A stretch of 63,833 bases of DNA, taken from the NCBI RefSeq assembly GCF_018977255.1, contig NW_024704760.1, positions 434,168 to 498,000 of the forward strand, written 5' to 3'. A model generated the notes under the pieces. It worked only from the letters and a program-made list of their open reading frames with translations, was not told the DNA's origin and did not search any database. Of this stretch, positions 13,903 through 27,200 are shown in pieces (the stretch's first letter is position 1; each line of letters opens with the position of its first letter). The position numbers and the translations under genes were made by a program. Source of the DNA: Callorhinchus milii (Eukaryota).

Positions 13903-13994
13903 GTGTGGAGCTGCTGTTGTGGGGGAATCTGTCAGACACAGAGGCCGAGGAGGAGGATGATGACAGCCTGTGTGAAGAGGAGTGTATCAGATGA
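13903..13994 (+). CDS. FAM72A: FAM72 coding exon 4 (terminal; 146 aa in total)
   Basis: tttcag| VELLLWGNLSDTEAEEEDDDSLCEEECIR*; human FAM72A ends LLWGNL...EECIR. Exon lengths sum to 441 nt. Confidence 0.93.
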
Positions 13995-16695
13995 TGGTGT
14001 GAACGTGTCACACAGCTTCTCAGCTTCGCAGTTACTTTGCAATTGTGCTTTATTGTCATTCCTCAGTTCCAAAAGCCTCGAGCACCAGCTGTCCAGTGGG
14101 TTCCACCTGAGGTTCTGTGCCCATGGATGGGTGTGAACAGGCCATGCCTGAGTTTGGACCTGGGGCAGTGCTCTCAGCTTCTCGGACACTAAAACTGATG
14201 CCAGTGTTGCAGACTGCGGCCACCCTCCCGGCAGCCTGTGTGTGTGTGAGACACGAGGACAGGCACTTGTGAAGGAAGAAAGAGTGTCACACATGTGGAG
14301 GAGTAGGACTCGGATCCCATTTGATTAAAGTGCTGCAGTGACTCCCTTGTCCCAGAGGAAATGCGGCTTGTGACGTCAGAAATAACAACAACAACTTTAT
14401 ATAGCACCCTTCACGCAGGGTAGCGTCCCAGAGCGCTTGATAAGTGGCCCGAGAGCAAGTCTGCACTGCCTCATAGCAAGGAGGCTCTCACGTGTTTCCA
14501 GCATCTTATCAAGCTGTAATATCTCATAGCTTCAAGACAACAGGCTTGCTTTGTGACCTTCTGCCCCTGTGATGAGAGTGACACCCACTGAGCCAATCTG
14601 CCACACACACACAGAGGATAGATTGGGGAGAAAATGTGCTGTGATTCTCCACAGAATTAGCTGTATTTGATGTTCTTATGAATTGATATATTTTGGTAGG
14701 ATCACATGGCAGCCGGTACCACAGGTTTTATATTAATCCTGAAACCTAAATATAATACATAAAAAATAATTTGTTCACAATTGGCTGTAGTGTTTTGCCC
14801 ACAAAATGTAGAGTCATTGGACTTTACAGTATATCCTGTGAAGTGCTTTGAGACGTCTCGATTGAAGACCTGATAAGGTGCTATATGAAATGCAGGGATT
14901 ATTATTATCCCAACTTCTGCCCTGACCCCACCCCCAGAACCCCCCAAATGGAAACATCTGCTGAGGAGCAAACGATCACTGTCACCGCTCGCAGTGCTGC
15001 AGATTGACTGAACCTGGTTAACCACAGACACTGACAGTAATAAACACAGAGTCTGATACTGAAACTGCAGTGTGAGTCTGTGCCTGTGCTGCTGGTGTTC
15101 ATTGCAATTGAATCACTGCTGATGTGGTAACCAGCCTCTTGTGCAGTAATGAATGGGGTTTCGTAAATGTCTGCAAAGTATTGCCGGCTGCAGCTTCCCT
15201 CACTTTATTGCTGCGTTGTTTAAACACTGTGAAACTGTTGATGATTGCAATTCCTTTTGCTGCTCAAGTTGCAGCCTTGGTATTGGGAGCCACTGACCGT
15301 GTGAACTTCACCGTGCCTGTGGCTGTTTGAGGATAGAATAAAAATCAAATGTTGTGTAAATGAAGGTTACATTTCTCATTGGTGATCGATTGTGGAGCAA
15401 GAACTAGATCTGAAATAAACCACAGACATAGGGCAAGCGGTAAACTACTCTGTCCCACAACACTGAGCAATGCACCGAGCAAGTCAGCCCAATAAGAGCA
15501 TTGCTTTACTAAAGCTTCACACAGTAGATTGTGCTGGTGAGTTTTCACAGTGGATGAAACATAGAGTAATAAGTGCAATTGACGAAAAGGAGAGTTACAG
15601 CAGCAATTGCTGTTTGGGTCACGTTTTATGGAGTGGGGGTGAATGGGATGGGATCTGGTGCATTGGGATGTGTTCTTGTTCTGTGTTTATAACTGTTAGT
15701 GAGTTCAAGAGTGTTACTGTCCTCCTTTGTGTACAGTAGTTTGTCACATTGTCTGTCACTGTCAGGCAATGCAATATAAAACACCCAGTTTGTAAATAAT
15801 TTGACACCAAGACTGTGAGTGCAATCCTGGTGTGTTCTGTTTGTTCTGGACCTGACTGTGTATTGTCCACTGGTTGCTGTTTGAGACATCACAGAGCAAA
15901 CTCTGGGAGTTGCTCAGTCTATGTGGCAGCGCCTGGCGTGTGAATCTGTCCACCGGAAGCATTATTTTTGTATCTTTAAATGTTGCACCTTTTAACGCTG
16001 TGCATTTCAGTAAAACTGTTTTATATAAAACTATTATTGGTTTTATTTTGAACCGTTTCCACCATATTTGCCGTTAATATGATAGGTGACAGGCAGCGAA
16101 GTAATCATGGCTTAGTCCCACATCCTGCCTTTCCCTCCTCCACTCTCATCCCCCTCTCCTCCTCCCTCTGCCCTCCTCCGTCAACTGCGAGGCCACCACC
16201 TGAGCTTCAGACGGCTCCCCTGTCTTGCCCACCCACCCCGCCTCTCTTTCCTAGCCGGGACCTCCTGTCTCTGGCCAATGCTCCATCACCAAATCCCTTT
16301 TGCTCCTCCATTGGTGGCCAAGCTTGAGACTGCCATTGCCTCTGAGGTGTGGACCTCTCCTCCCAAAGCACTTCACATCCTCAGTGGTTGAGTGTTGATT
16401 GAACTTCAATCTGCCCTGTAAACAGCTGTGGGCAGGAGTGTGGACCTCTGGCCCCACCTGGTGGATACCCTTAATAACAACACCTGAAGTCTGACCTGTT
16501 CGCAGAGTCTGGGAGACACACATACACNNNNNNNNNNNNNNNNNNNNNNNNNNNNNNNNNNNNNNNNNNNNNNNNNNNNNNNNNNNNNNNNNNNNNNNNN
16601 NNNNNNNNNNNNNNNNNNNNNNNNNNNNNNNNNNNNNNNNNNNNNNNNNNNNNNNNNNNNNNNNNNNNNNNNNNNNNNNNNNNNNNNNNNNNNNN

Positions 16696-17705
16696 CACAC
16701 GTGTACATACACCCCCCCCACACACACACACTCACATACACCCCCCCCACACACACACTGCCATACACCCCCCCCACACACACACACACATACACATACA
16801 CCCCCCACACACACACGCACGTACACATACACCCCCCCGACACACACACACACACACGTACACATACACCCCCCCCACACACACGCACGTACGCATACAC
16901 CCCCCCCCACACACACACACACCACATACACCCCCCCCCCCACACACACACACACACGTACACATACACCCCCCACACACACACGCACGTACACATACAC
17001 CCCCCCCACACACACGCACGTANNNNNNNNNNNNNNNNNNNNNNNNNNNNNNNNNNNNNNNNNNNNNNNNNNNNNNNNNNNNNNNNNNNNNNNNNNNNNN
17101 NNNNNNNNNNNNNNNNNNNNNNNNNNNNNNNNNNNNNNNNNNNNNNNNNNNNNNNNNNNNNNNNNNNNNNNNNNNNNNNNNNNNNNNNNNNNNNNNNNNN
17201 NNNNNNNNNNNNNNNNNNNNNNNACACGTACACATACACCCCCCCACACATGTACACATACACCTCCCCCACACACACACACACCCCCCACAAACACACA
17301 CGTACACATACACTCCCCCCCCACATACACATGTACACATACACCCCCCCCACACACACGTATACATACACTCCCCCCCCCCACACACACACGTACACAT
17401 ACACCCCCCACACACACACATACACATACACTCCCCCCCCACATACACATGTACACATACACCCCCCCCCACACACACGTATACNNNNNNNNNNNNNNNN
17501 NNNNNNNNNNNNNNNNNNNNNNNNNNNNNNNNNNNNNNNNNNNNNNNNNNNNNNNNNNNNNNNNNNNNNNNNNNNNNNNNNNNNNNNNNNNNNNNNNNNN
17601 NNNNNNNNNNNNNNNNNNCCTCCACACACACACACACATATGTACACATACACCCCCCCCAACACACACACACACACACGTACGCATACACCCCCACACA
17701 CACAC
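16696..17705. repeat. (CA)n/poly-C compound microsatellite with assembly gaps
   Basis: cacacgtacacatacacccccc units broken by N runs. Confidence 0.9.
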
Positions 17706-18599
17706 AATGGCTGGAGTTTTGATGAGATCAATAATAACTACGAGATCAATCTCCGGAGACGGTGTTGCTACACAGCAGGAATGACTATTTCATTTGCCAA
17801 AGTTATTAAAAGGCTCTTAAGGGGCCGCATTGTCTCACGTTAGGCACTTGGTTGATGGTATGTGTCTGCGCACAAAATGCTATGATTAGTTTTACTGCAA
17901 TATTATTTCCACCTGTGCCCCCCCATCCCATCTCAAGCTCCCTGCTGACATCCCTGTATCCTACCCCCGTACCCTCCTCCTTCCCCCTGTTCCCTGCCTC
18001 ATACTCCACTTCGCCCTTGTTTGCTGGGGTGGGGGCGGCTCTCAAGATAAATCTAGCAAATTCAGTCAAATCCCATTGAAGAGAACGATTCAACATTGAA
18101 TTTAAAATACAGGATAAGTCTTCTGCGGGGTGGGGTGATGCATGTGTGGGGGTGGGGTGGGGGGGTGCGTGTGTGGGGGTGTGTGGGGTGGGGTATATGT
18201 ATGTGGAGGGAGCAGGGAATAGGAGTAGCGAGCTCCAGTGGGGGAGAGAACACCAGCACATACAGTATATATGACCCACAGACCTGTACATGTATCGTGG
18301 GGAACTATAGCTGTCAGTGCTCACACTGATGCGATGGATGATTCTTACTATTTCTTGCTTCCGATTTATAACCTCTTGAAAGTGAAGTGTTGTCCCACAG
18401 GCAGTGTGTCAGGGGCAATAATAATAATATAAGAATAATAACACGTAATGTAAGCACCGCCTGTGATTCAGTCTGTGCACAGCACTTAGCACAGCCCATG
18501 GCTGATTCCCACCTGTCCTCTCACGGATTATGTTTGCTAGTGATTAGTTAATTTCTCCAGGACTCTGATACTTTACAGTGACCAACCAATTCCTATAAT

Positions 18600-18730
18600 C
18601 CCTGCCAACCCATGCCAAGGCATGCCAACCTCTGCCAACTCCTGCCAACCCTGCCAACTCCTGCCAACCCTGCCAACTCCTGCCAACCCCTGCCAACTCC
18701 TGCCAACCCCTGCCAACTCCTGCCAACTCA
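18600..18730. repeat. 10-bp tandem repeat cctgccaacy
   Basis: About 12 copies seen directly. Confidence 0.9.
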
Positions 18731-21094
18731 TGCCCAATATAGAGCCCATCAACATGACACTGCCAGACAACTTCCCACCTCCTGGTAACAGATGGCCTGT
18801 GTTGAAGGCAGATGGGACCTTAGTTTAACGTCTTATCTGAAGTGATCGCACCTCGCACAATGCAGTGGAGCATCAGCCTCAACTGTGAGTTTAAAGCTCT
18901 GATGTGGGGCTTAAGCCGACAATCACCCACTGACTCACAGATGAGAAGGATACTGAGGGAGCCATGAAGACTAAGATGGATAGATGTTTGATAGGTCAGG
19001 GTTAGGGTTAGGGGATATGGGACAAAGGCGGTAATTGGAGTTGAGGTTCAGGTCAGCAATCATCTGATAGAATGCTGGAACAGGCTCGAGGGGTTGAAAG
19101 GCCTACTCCTATTCCTATGTTCTTATTGGGATAGAAGGGGAGAGTTTTGATTGTCTTGGGCAGAGGAACAGAGCATTCAAGTGTTTAAAATAACCGGGAC
19201 AGGGGCTGAAGGGAGGCTGTGATGGGGGCACTGATAGGGAGGAGGAGAGAGGGAAGGAGACATGTTGGTGAGAGTAAATATTGGCTGCTAAGACGAGGGG
19301 AATGGTCCTCTTTATCCCGTGCCAATCAGCGCTGCGCTCACATCTAGCTGAGGTCAATAAGAGTGTCTAACATTACCCGGAGCGGTGTTTAGCACCCAAC
19401 CTTTCACTCTCTATAATTAGCTGTGTCACACACACACACGTCAGCTCACACCACGCTGCTAACACACAGCACAGAGACGCTCTGCTCCCTGGGGGCATTA
19501 GCACCTTGATTCCAACGCTGTCAACATTTACAGAAAGAAAGGGTGAGAGAAGTCAGCAAACTGGTGCAGAGGAGATCAGGGCAACAGGTAATAGGGAAGT
19601 GTGAGAGCAGAGAGAGTGCTGCTGACGGGTTCCTGTAAAATGGGGACAAAGTAGGCACCACAGGTGTGAGGCTGCTTCACTGGTTGCAAGATACACGCTC
19701 AGCCCGACCCCCACCCTCTCTTGGCACCCCAATGCATCCCGAAGCGAGAGGACCCGAGTTCGATTCCCCTTTCACTCAGTCTCAGAAACACACAATACAG
19801 TACAGAAACAGGCTTGATGGTCCATCATTGTTGGGGCTCGCTCCCCCACTGGAACTCTCTATCTACTCTAATCCCATTCCCTGTTCTCTCTCTCCCCATC
19901 GTGTCTGTGCTGTGGCTCGCTCCCCCACTGGAGCTCTCTACTCTAACCCCATTCCGCTGGTATTTTCCTGGGCTGTAACATTATTGTTCCTTAAACACTT
20001 ATCCATGTTGTGTTTAAACACTGTTATGAACTTGGACTGAATATTTCACACTCCAATAACTCCGCGTGACTCAATCTTTCTAACCTCCCTCTCTTCATCA
20101 CCTGGTGATAATCCTCAATCCATTGCCTCATGTTACTGTCTTTCTGACCATTGGAAATTGGCTTTGATTACTCTGTGCGAACAATTTACACGTTTAAAAT
20201 CCTCCATTAGATTTATCTCCACCTTTAGCTTCTTTGTTGGAGTCTCATCATTCCCCACTGTGCAAAGCTCAGAGATGAGAAAATTGGATAGAGAGAGCAG
20301 TGGTGGGGGTGGGGGGGGCATGTTAGGAGAATTATTTACCAAGCTGCTTCTCGCATGAGGATGATGCCCTTTAAGGGAAGAGTGCTGTGAAGTGGCTGTT
20401 TAATGTAAGGGAGCGAGGAGAGAGAGAACCTGACTGGAGAAAGAGAGAGAGAGAGAGAGATGCAGCCAATCGCAGTGGGGGACTCTGGAGTATTAGGGGA
20501 GGGGGGGCGGTCTGCACATCAGCCCAGCGCTGGTCTGCGTGCAGAGACTATGTGCGGGGTCTGTGTCTACGTCTGTTTAGAGACGAGGCTGTGCAGTGAG
20601 CTTGGAGACAGTCACTCAGGCTGGGACACAGACGTCCAGACACACGGACGGACGGGAGAATCCTGGAAGGGAATACGGACATTTCCCCGGAACGCCGTGA
20701 GGACGGAAATCTGAAAAACAATCGGGTTCGTGGCTGAGCGGTTGATCATCAAAGGAAGAAACATTCTCAGAATTCCCCTACGTTTGAAGTTGAAGTGAAC
20801 CCCCCCACCCCGCTACCCCTCCCCCGCTACCCCTCCCACCCACCCCTCTGCCCCGCTACGCCTCCTCCCGTTACCCCTCCCCCCGTTACCCCTCCCTCCG
20901 TTACCCCTCCCCCTGCTACCCCTCCCCCACTACCCCTACCCCGCTGCCTCTCCCCCCGCTGCCTCTCCCCCCCACTGCCTCTCCCCCTGCTATCCCTCCC
21001 CCCCCACCAACAACAACAGCAACAGCAACAACAGCTTGTACTCTATAGCGTCCCAGAGGTACGACCGGCTCCGTCGACTCCGCACCACAAGCCA

Positions 21095-22019
21095 ATGCTG
21101 ACTGGACAGAATTGCTCCTGGAGCTCTGGGTTTGGAGCTAACAGGCAGTGGCCCAACCAGACGGCAGCCAAACCCACGCAGCGCAGCGCGGACTTCCTCC
21201 TGAGCCGAGATGAGGAGCTGGCCCGGGCTGAGATCAGCGTCTTGGCTGCTGTACTGATCGTAGCCGTGGCTGGGAACTTGGCGGTGCTGACCGCTCTGTG
21301 CCGGATGAAGAGGAAGCTTTCACGCACTCACCTGTTCGTGCTGCACCTGGCACTGACAGACTTGTGCGTCGCCCTGTTCCAGGTGTTGCCGCAGTTGTGC
21401 TGGGAGATCACCTACCGCTTCCAAGGGCCTGACGCTCTGTGCCGATCGGTCAAGTACCTGCAGGTGGTGGGAATGTTCGCCTCCACCAACATGCTGCTCG
21501 TGATGACGGCCGATCGCTATCTGGCCGTGTGTCACCCTCTGAGGACGTTCCAGCAGCCGGTGAGACAGGTCTACGTGATGATCGGGGCTGCCTGGCTCCT
21601 CAGCTGTGTCCTCAGCCTCCCTCAGGTCTTTATCTTCTCGCTCAGGGAGGTGGACGAGGGTTCGGGGGTGTACGACTGCTGGGCGGTATTTGACGTCTCG
21701 TGGGGAGCCAAAGCTTACATCACCTGGACCACGGCCTCCATCTTCATCCTCCCGGTGCTGGTGCTCGCTCTGTGCTACAGCTTGATCTGCCTGGAGATCT
21801 GCCGGAACCTGCGCTGGAAGTCGGCGGGGAGTGAGGGGGAGGGGAGGCCGGGCGGGGAGATGGGACCAGGCAGGGTCAGCAGCATCAAGTCCATGTCCAG
21901 GGCCAAGATCCGAACCGTGAAGATGACCTTTGTGATTGTTCTGGCTTATGTGGTGTGCTGGAGCCCCTTCTTCTCCGTCCAGATGTGGTCTGTGTGGGAC
22001 TTGGCTGCTCCTGATGATG
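21095..22019 (+). CDS. AVPR1B: Vasopressin/vasotocin V1b receptor, exon 1 (N-terminus to TM6/ECL3)
   Basis: First in-frame ATG at 21095 (MLTGQNCS..., N-glycan sequons NCS and NQT). [59 protein letters not shown] and [18 protein letters not shown] match recalled V1b. Phase-1 donor G|GTACGT; FAM72/SRGAP2 synteny. Confidence 0.93.
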
Positions 22020-22039
22020 GTACGTTAGTGTCGCTTTAA

Positions 22040-22410
22040 GACCTGTAGTGTAGTGGTTAGAACACTCGCCTCGCAGCAAGAGGATCTGGGTTTGATTCCG
22101 GGCGGGGCGAAACCTTAGGCAAGTTTCCTTATTCCAAACGCCTCTGTTTACCGAGCAGTAAGTAGGAACCTGCTTGTTTGTTGATCGGTGGATCACTTTC
22201 CGGGGGTAATAATTCCCTTCGAAAAACATTAAATAAATAAAATAATAATAATGTGGTCACTCAATCCGCGGCTGTTTGTGGGGACACTGCTGTACGCAAT
22301 TGACTGCCAAAATATATAGTCAATTCACTTTACAGTATATTCTGTGAAGAGCTGTGAGACGTCTCGAAGACGTGATAAGGCGCGATATCAAATGCAGGGA
22401 TTATTATTAG
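22040..22410 (+). mobile_element. Full-length tRNA/CORE-like SINE inside the AVPR1B intron
   Basis: tRNA-like head (gtagtgtagtggttagaacactcgcctcgcagcaagagg...gtttgattcc), ccttaggcaagtttcc...gcctctgtttacc..cagtaagtagg middle, L2-like tail and (att)n. Confidence 0.85.
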
Positions 22411-22753
22411 AAGAACCGCAGCATTTATGCAACATCGTTCACATGTGCTGGAAAGCGTTTCACAGATGAGGTTAATTGGAAATTAAGTGAATGATGTTAT
22501 AATGTAAAGGCAAAGGCGGCAGTTAATCAGTGCGAGCAAACAATAAAATGAGAGGTCAGTTAATTAGAGTTTGGGATTAATATTAATTTAATCACTGAAC
22601 CATCACGGTTTCCCCCCTCCCACCCCTGCCACGACATGTCAAGCAACTGCCAGGGTGGGGGAAGGTGAACTGGATGGACCTTTCTCCAAGAATTCTTATG
22701 TTCTTATGTCCGCGCTGTTCTCTCATCATTCTGCTGTTATTGACATGTTTCAG

Positions 22754-23064
22754 GCTCCTCCAACTCACTCTTCACCATCGCCATGCTCCTCGCCAACCTC
22801 AACAGCTGCTGTAACCCATGGATCTACTTGGTCTTCAGCGGGAACCTGCGTCAGTCTGCCCACCGCTATCTTCTGCCGTGCCAGGGTCAACCCAGGCGAG
22901 AGAGCTCCAGCCACAGCCCTCCGACCCACCTCAGCCCCCGTTACGCTGCCAGCACTGCCCACAAGCACCATCGCCCACACCCTCCCCCACCTGAAGCTTC
23001 CTGCACAGTGTTCATCGAGGAGAACATGATGGTCTCGGGGGTGTTGCCCCTCTCACTCGCCTGA
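22754..23064 (+). CDS. AVPR1B: V1b receptor exon 2 (TM7 and C-tail; 411 aa in total)
   Basis: tttcag|GC gives GSSNSLFTIAMLLANLNSCCNPWIY...LSLA*. The intron between TM6 and TM7 is the family-typical position. AATAAA at 23758. Confidence 0.93.
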
Positions 23065-24629
23065 GCGGGGTTTACTCTGAGCTCCACCAGGTGCCACTAG
23101 GTTCAGCCGGGAGCCACATTTTGGGGCAATCGGAGGCGTTTAACTACTGGACAATAACGAGAGAAATACAAAGTCCATCACACATTACACATTGCACATT
23201 CCCCACTTCCCTCCAATGTATTGTGTACATGTGAGTGCTATGTTGTACACATGTGTGCTGTACTATACACATTTGTATTGTGTTGTACACGTGTGCGCTG
23301 TGGTGTACACGTGTGTGTTGTGGTGTACAGATGTGTGCAGTGGTGCATAGGCGTGTGCTGCAGTGCACACGTGTGTGCTGTTGTGCACCGATGTGTGCTG
23401 TGATGCACACGTGTTTTCTGTGGTGTACAGGTGTTTTCTATCATGTCCTGAAGTATTCTATACAATGTGCACATATCTGTACTGTCGTGTGCAGCTCATT
23501 GCTGTATCTCCTATAATAATAATAATCCTTGCATTGGATACAACCCCTATCAGTCTTCGAGACGTCTCAAAGCGCTTCACACAATATACTGTAAAGTGTA
23601 GTGACTGTGTATTTTGTGGGCAAAATAAGTGAGCAGGTGTGTGCTGCAAGCTGTAAGGTTTCAACAGATACAAAGTGATGATGTGAAAGAAGTTTCTGGA
23701 AAAGTGTGGCCTGTTTCTGTCTCTTGTGTTTTGTGTGGATTTTTTAAAAATTATTTCAATAAATTACTCTTTTGTGACCAATCATCTGTGACTGTTTCAT
23801 GTAGAACTTTATAGTAAGTGACAGATTATCCTGAATCTCACTCTCTCACACACAACTTCTCTGTCTGTGTCTCTATATCTCCGTCTGCGTCTCTCTATAA
23901 TAATAATAATAATCCCGGCATCTGATACAGCGCCTTATTGGCTGCCGTGTTCACCCACAAATATACAGTTACAGTGTGTTCTGTGAAGCGCTTTGGGACG
24001 TCCTCCCGACGTGAAAAGTGCTATATCAAATGCAAGGATTATTATTATTATTATTATCACACCGTTGAGACGTCTCAAAGCGCTTCACAGGACTCGCTGT
24101 AAAGTTGTTTGAGTGTATTTTGTGGGCAAAATATCTCAGTCTGTGTGTCTCCATACCTCTGCCCAGTTGGAGAGGCTGAAGCCGCTCCTCCGTCCCCCCC
24201 GTCCCCCCCACTGCAGTTTTGAACCCCCTCAACGCTCAGGAGCTTTGACAGTAAACTGCATTTGTGAAAAGGAAATCTCAGAGTTGCAGTTGGCCTTGTG
24301 GCCGGGGGGGGGGGGCGCCAGCACTCTGCAGCGCTATCGTGGAGAGAGCGAGAGAGTCCGGATCAGCGGAGGGGGGGGAGTGGGGGGGGGCAACAGGAGC
24401 ACAATTCGAGCAAAGAGCAGTTAGTAATTATTGTTGTTGTTGTTGTTATTGTTGTTGTTGTTGTTGTTGTTGTGCTGTGGCCCTGACCCCGGGATCGCTG
24501 GTCACACACCAGTCAGTCAGTCATTCCCGATAACGCACTGACTTATTGGGATCAAAATCCGTCAGTCACATGGAATCTGACTGTATTGTTGTTGTGTGGG
24601 AGGGCGGGTCTGCATTGCTGCTCCGTGGG

Positions 24630-24990
24630 GCGGTGTGTGAGGCTGTGTGTGAGAGGCTGTGTGTGTGTGTGTGTGAGAGAGGCTGTGTGTNNNNNNNNNN
24701 NNNNNNNNNNNNNNNNNNNNNNNNNNNNNNNNNNNNNNNNNNNNNNNNNNNNNNNNNNNNNNNNNNNNNNNNNNNNNNNNNNNNNNNNNNNNNNNNNNNN
24801 NNNNNNNNNNNNNNNNNNNNNNNNNNNNNNNNNNNNNNNNNNNNNNNNNNNNNNNNNNNNNNNNNNNNNNNNNNNNNNNNNNNNNNNNNNNNNNNNNNNN
24901 NNNNNNNNNNNNNNNNNNNNNNNNNNNNNNNNNNNNNNNNNNNNNNNNNNNNNNGAGAGGCTATGTGTGTGTGTGTATGAGAGAGAGAGG

Positions 24991-25021
<31 letters not shown>

Positions 25022-25970
25022 GCTGTGTGTGTGTGAGAGAGGCTGTGTGTGTGTGTGTGTAAGAGAGGCTGTGTGTGTGAGAGGCTGTGTGTGTGTGTGA
25101 GAGAGGCTGTGTGTGTGTGTGTGTAAGAGAGAGGCTGTGTGTGTGTGTGAGAGAGAGGCTATGTGTGTGTGTGTATGAGAGAGAGAGGCTGTGTGTGTGA
25201 GAGGCTGTCTGTATGTGACTGTGTGTGTATGTGAGGCTGTGTGTGTATGTAGTTGTGTGTGTATGTAGTTGTGNNNNNNNNNNNNNNNNNNNNNNNNNNN
25301 NNNNNNNNNNNNNNNNNNNNNNNNNNNNNNNNNNNNNNNNNNNNNNNNNNNNNNNNNNNNNNNNNNNNNNNNNNNNNNNNNNNNNNNNNNNNNNNNNNNN
25401 NNNNNNNNNNNNNNNNNTGTGTGTGACTGTGTGTGGCTGTGTGTGTCTGTGTGTGTGACTGTGTGTGTGTGTGACTGTGGCTGTGTGTCTGTGTGTGTGA
25501 CTGTGTGTGTGGCTGTGTGTGTGACTGTGTGTGTGGCTGTGTGTGTGTGACTGTGACTGTGTGCGACTGTGAGTGTGTGAATGTGTGTGTGTGACTGTGT
25601 GTGGGGGGGGGGCTGTGTGTGTGTGACTGTGNNNNNNNNNNNNNNNNNNNNNNNNNNNNNNNNNNNNNNNNNNNNNNNNNNNNNNNNNNNNNNNNNNNNN
25701 NNNNNNNNNNNNNNNNNNNNNNNNNNNNNNNNNNNNNNNNNNNNNNNNNNNNNNNNNNNNNNNNNNNNNNNNNNNNNNNNNNNNNNNNNNNNNNNNNNNN
25801 NNNNNNNNNNNNNNNNNNNNNNNNNNNNNNNNNNNNNNNNNNNNNNNNNNNNNNNNNNNNNNNNNNNNNNNNNNNNNNNNNNNNNNNNNNNNNNNNNNNN
25901 NNNNNNNNNNNNNNNTGTGTGTGTGTGACTGTATGTGTGACTGTGAGTGTGTGTGTGACTGTGGGTGTGT
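24630..25970. repeat. (TG)/(GA) compound microsatellite with gaps
   Basis: gagaggctgtgtgtgt and gtgactgtgtgt units; N runs. Confidence 0.9.
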
Positions 25971-25974
25971 GAGG

Positions 25975-26900
25975 CCGTATACAGACTACAATGCCCACAA
26001 TGCCCCGACGCCCTGTGTGACTCCCATCAGCTGCCGAGAGCGAAAGTGCGTCAGTTCTCAGTCCGGACCTGAGTCCTGTTCCCCGCGGGGAGAGCGCCGC
26101 ACAGAGCCCGAGCGGCCGCGGGGACCAGAGGGACAAACCCCCGCCACCGGCCACCGCCCCCCGGCTCGACAAGGNNNNNNNNNNNNNNNNNNNNNNNNNN
26201 NNNNNNNNNNNNNNNNNNNNNNNNNNNNNNNNNNNNNNNNNNNNNNNNNNNNNNNNNNNNNNNNNNNNNNNNNNNNNNNNNNNNNNNNNNNNNNNNNNNN
26301 NNNNNNNNNNNNNNNNNNNNNNNNNNNNNNNNNNNNNNNNNNNNNNNNNNNNNNNNNNNNNNNNNNNNNNNNNNNNNNNNNNNNNNNNNNNNNNNNNNNN
26401 NNNNNNNNNNNNNNNNNNNNNNNNNNNNNNNNNNNNNNNNNNNNNNNNNNAGACACAGACTAACACAGACAGACGGGATCAGTGCGGCCGCACAGTGGTT
26501 ACTTCCCGCGATACATAGTAACGAGTTGTCGCTACAATGTAACCGGACACCGGCGGCGGCTCCGCAGAAGTTTCACAGCGTTTAGCGGAGTTGTCAGAGA
26601 GGGGGGGGGTCACCCCGGGGGGGGTCACCCCGGGGGGGGGGGGGAGGAAAATCAGAGGCACCGGGGGAGGGAGGGGGGAGGGGGCTGTTGACAGCCGCTT
26701 CCCCGCAATCTCGGGGCTGATTTCGCTGTTTACGATCCCCGCAGCCCCCCCCCCCCCCCCCGCAGCGGCCTCTCGGGCGCCTCAGACAATCGCTCAGCGC
26801 CGCCCCCGACCTGAGCCCAGGCCCGAGCCCTCCCCGGGTGTGTGGATGTGGGGAGACCAGACTCCCGGGAGCTGCTACTCGCTCGGTCTGAGCTGGTGTT
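25975..26900 (+). promoter_or_regulatory. CpG island / probable TFEB promoter region with a ZNF143/THAP11-type motif
   Basis: CpG-dense; GACTACAATGCCCACAATGC at 25984-26003; partly hidden by a gap (26175-26450). Assignment to TFEB is inferred from position. Confidence 0.55.
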
Positions 26901-26964
26901 GGCTCCCCCCACCCCTCTCTCTCTGTCTCTCCCGCCCGATCTCAGTCTCCCTGTCTGTCTCTCC

Positions 26965-27200
26965 CCCCCGGCTGTCAGTTTGTCTCTCCCCCCCTGGCTG
27001 TCAGTCTGTCTCTCCCCCCTGGCTGTCAGTTTGTCTCTCCCCCCCTGGCTGTCAGTCTGTCTCTCCCCCCTGGCTGTCAGCCTGTCTCTGTCTCTCCCCC
27101 CTGGCTGTCAGTTTGTCTCTCCCCCCCTGGCTGTCAGTCTGTCTCTCCCCCCCTGGCTGTCAGCCTGTCTCTGTCTCTCTCCACTGGCTGTCAATCTGTC
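26965..27200. repeat. About 26-bp tandem repeat ctggctgtcagtytgtctctccccc
   Basis: About 8 copies seen directly. Confidence 0.85.

Noticed and set aside
16251-17843. Long C/V/G- and H/T/P-rich ORFs
   Set aside because: Microsatellite plus N gaps read as X; the same applies at 24.5-26.5 kb and 59.5-60.7 kb.
18999-19014. GGGTTAGGGTTAGGG telomere-like motif
   Set aside because: Only two units, inside a CR1 fragment.
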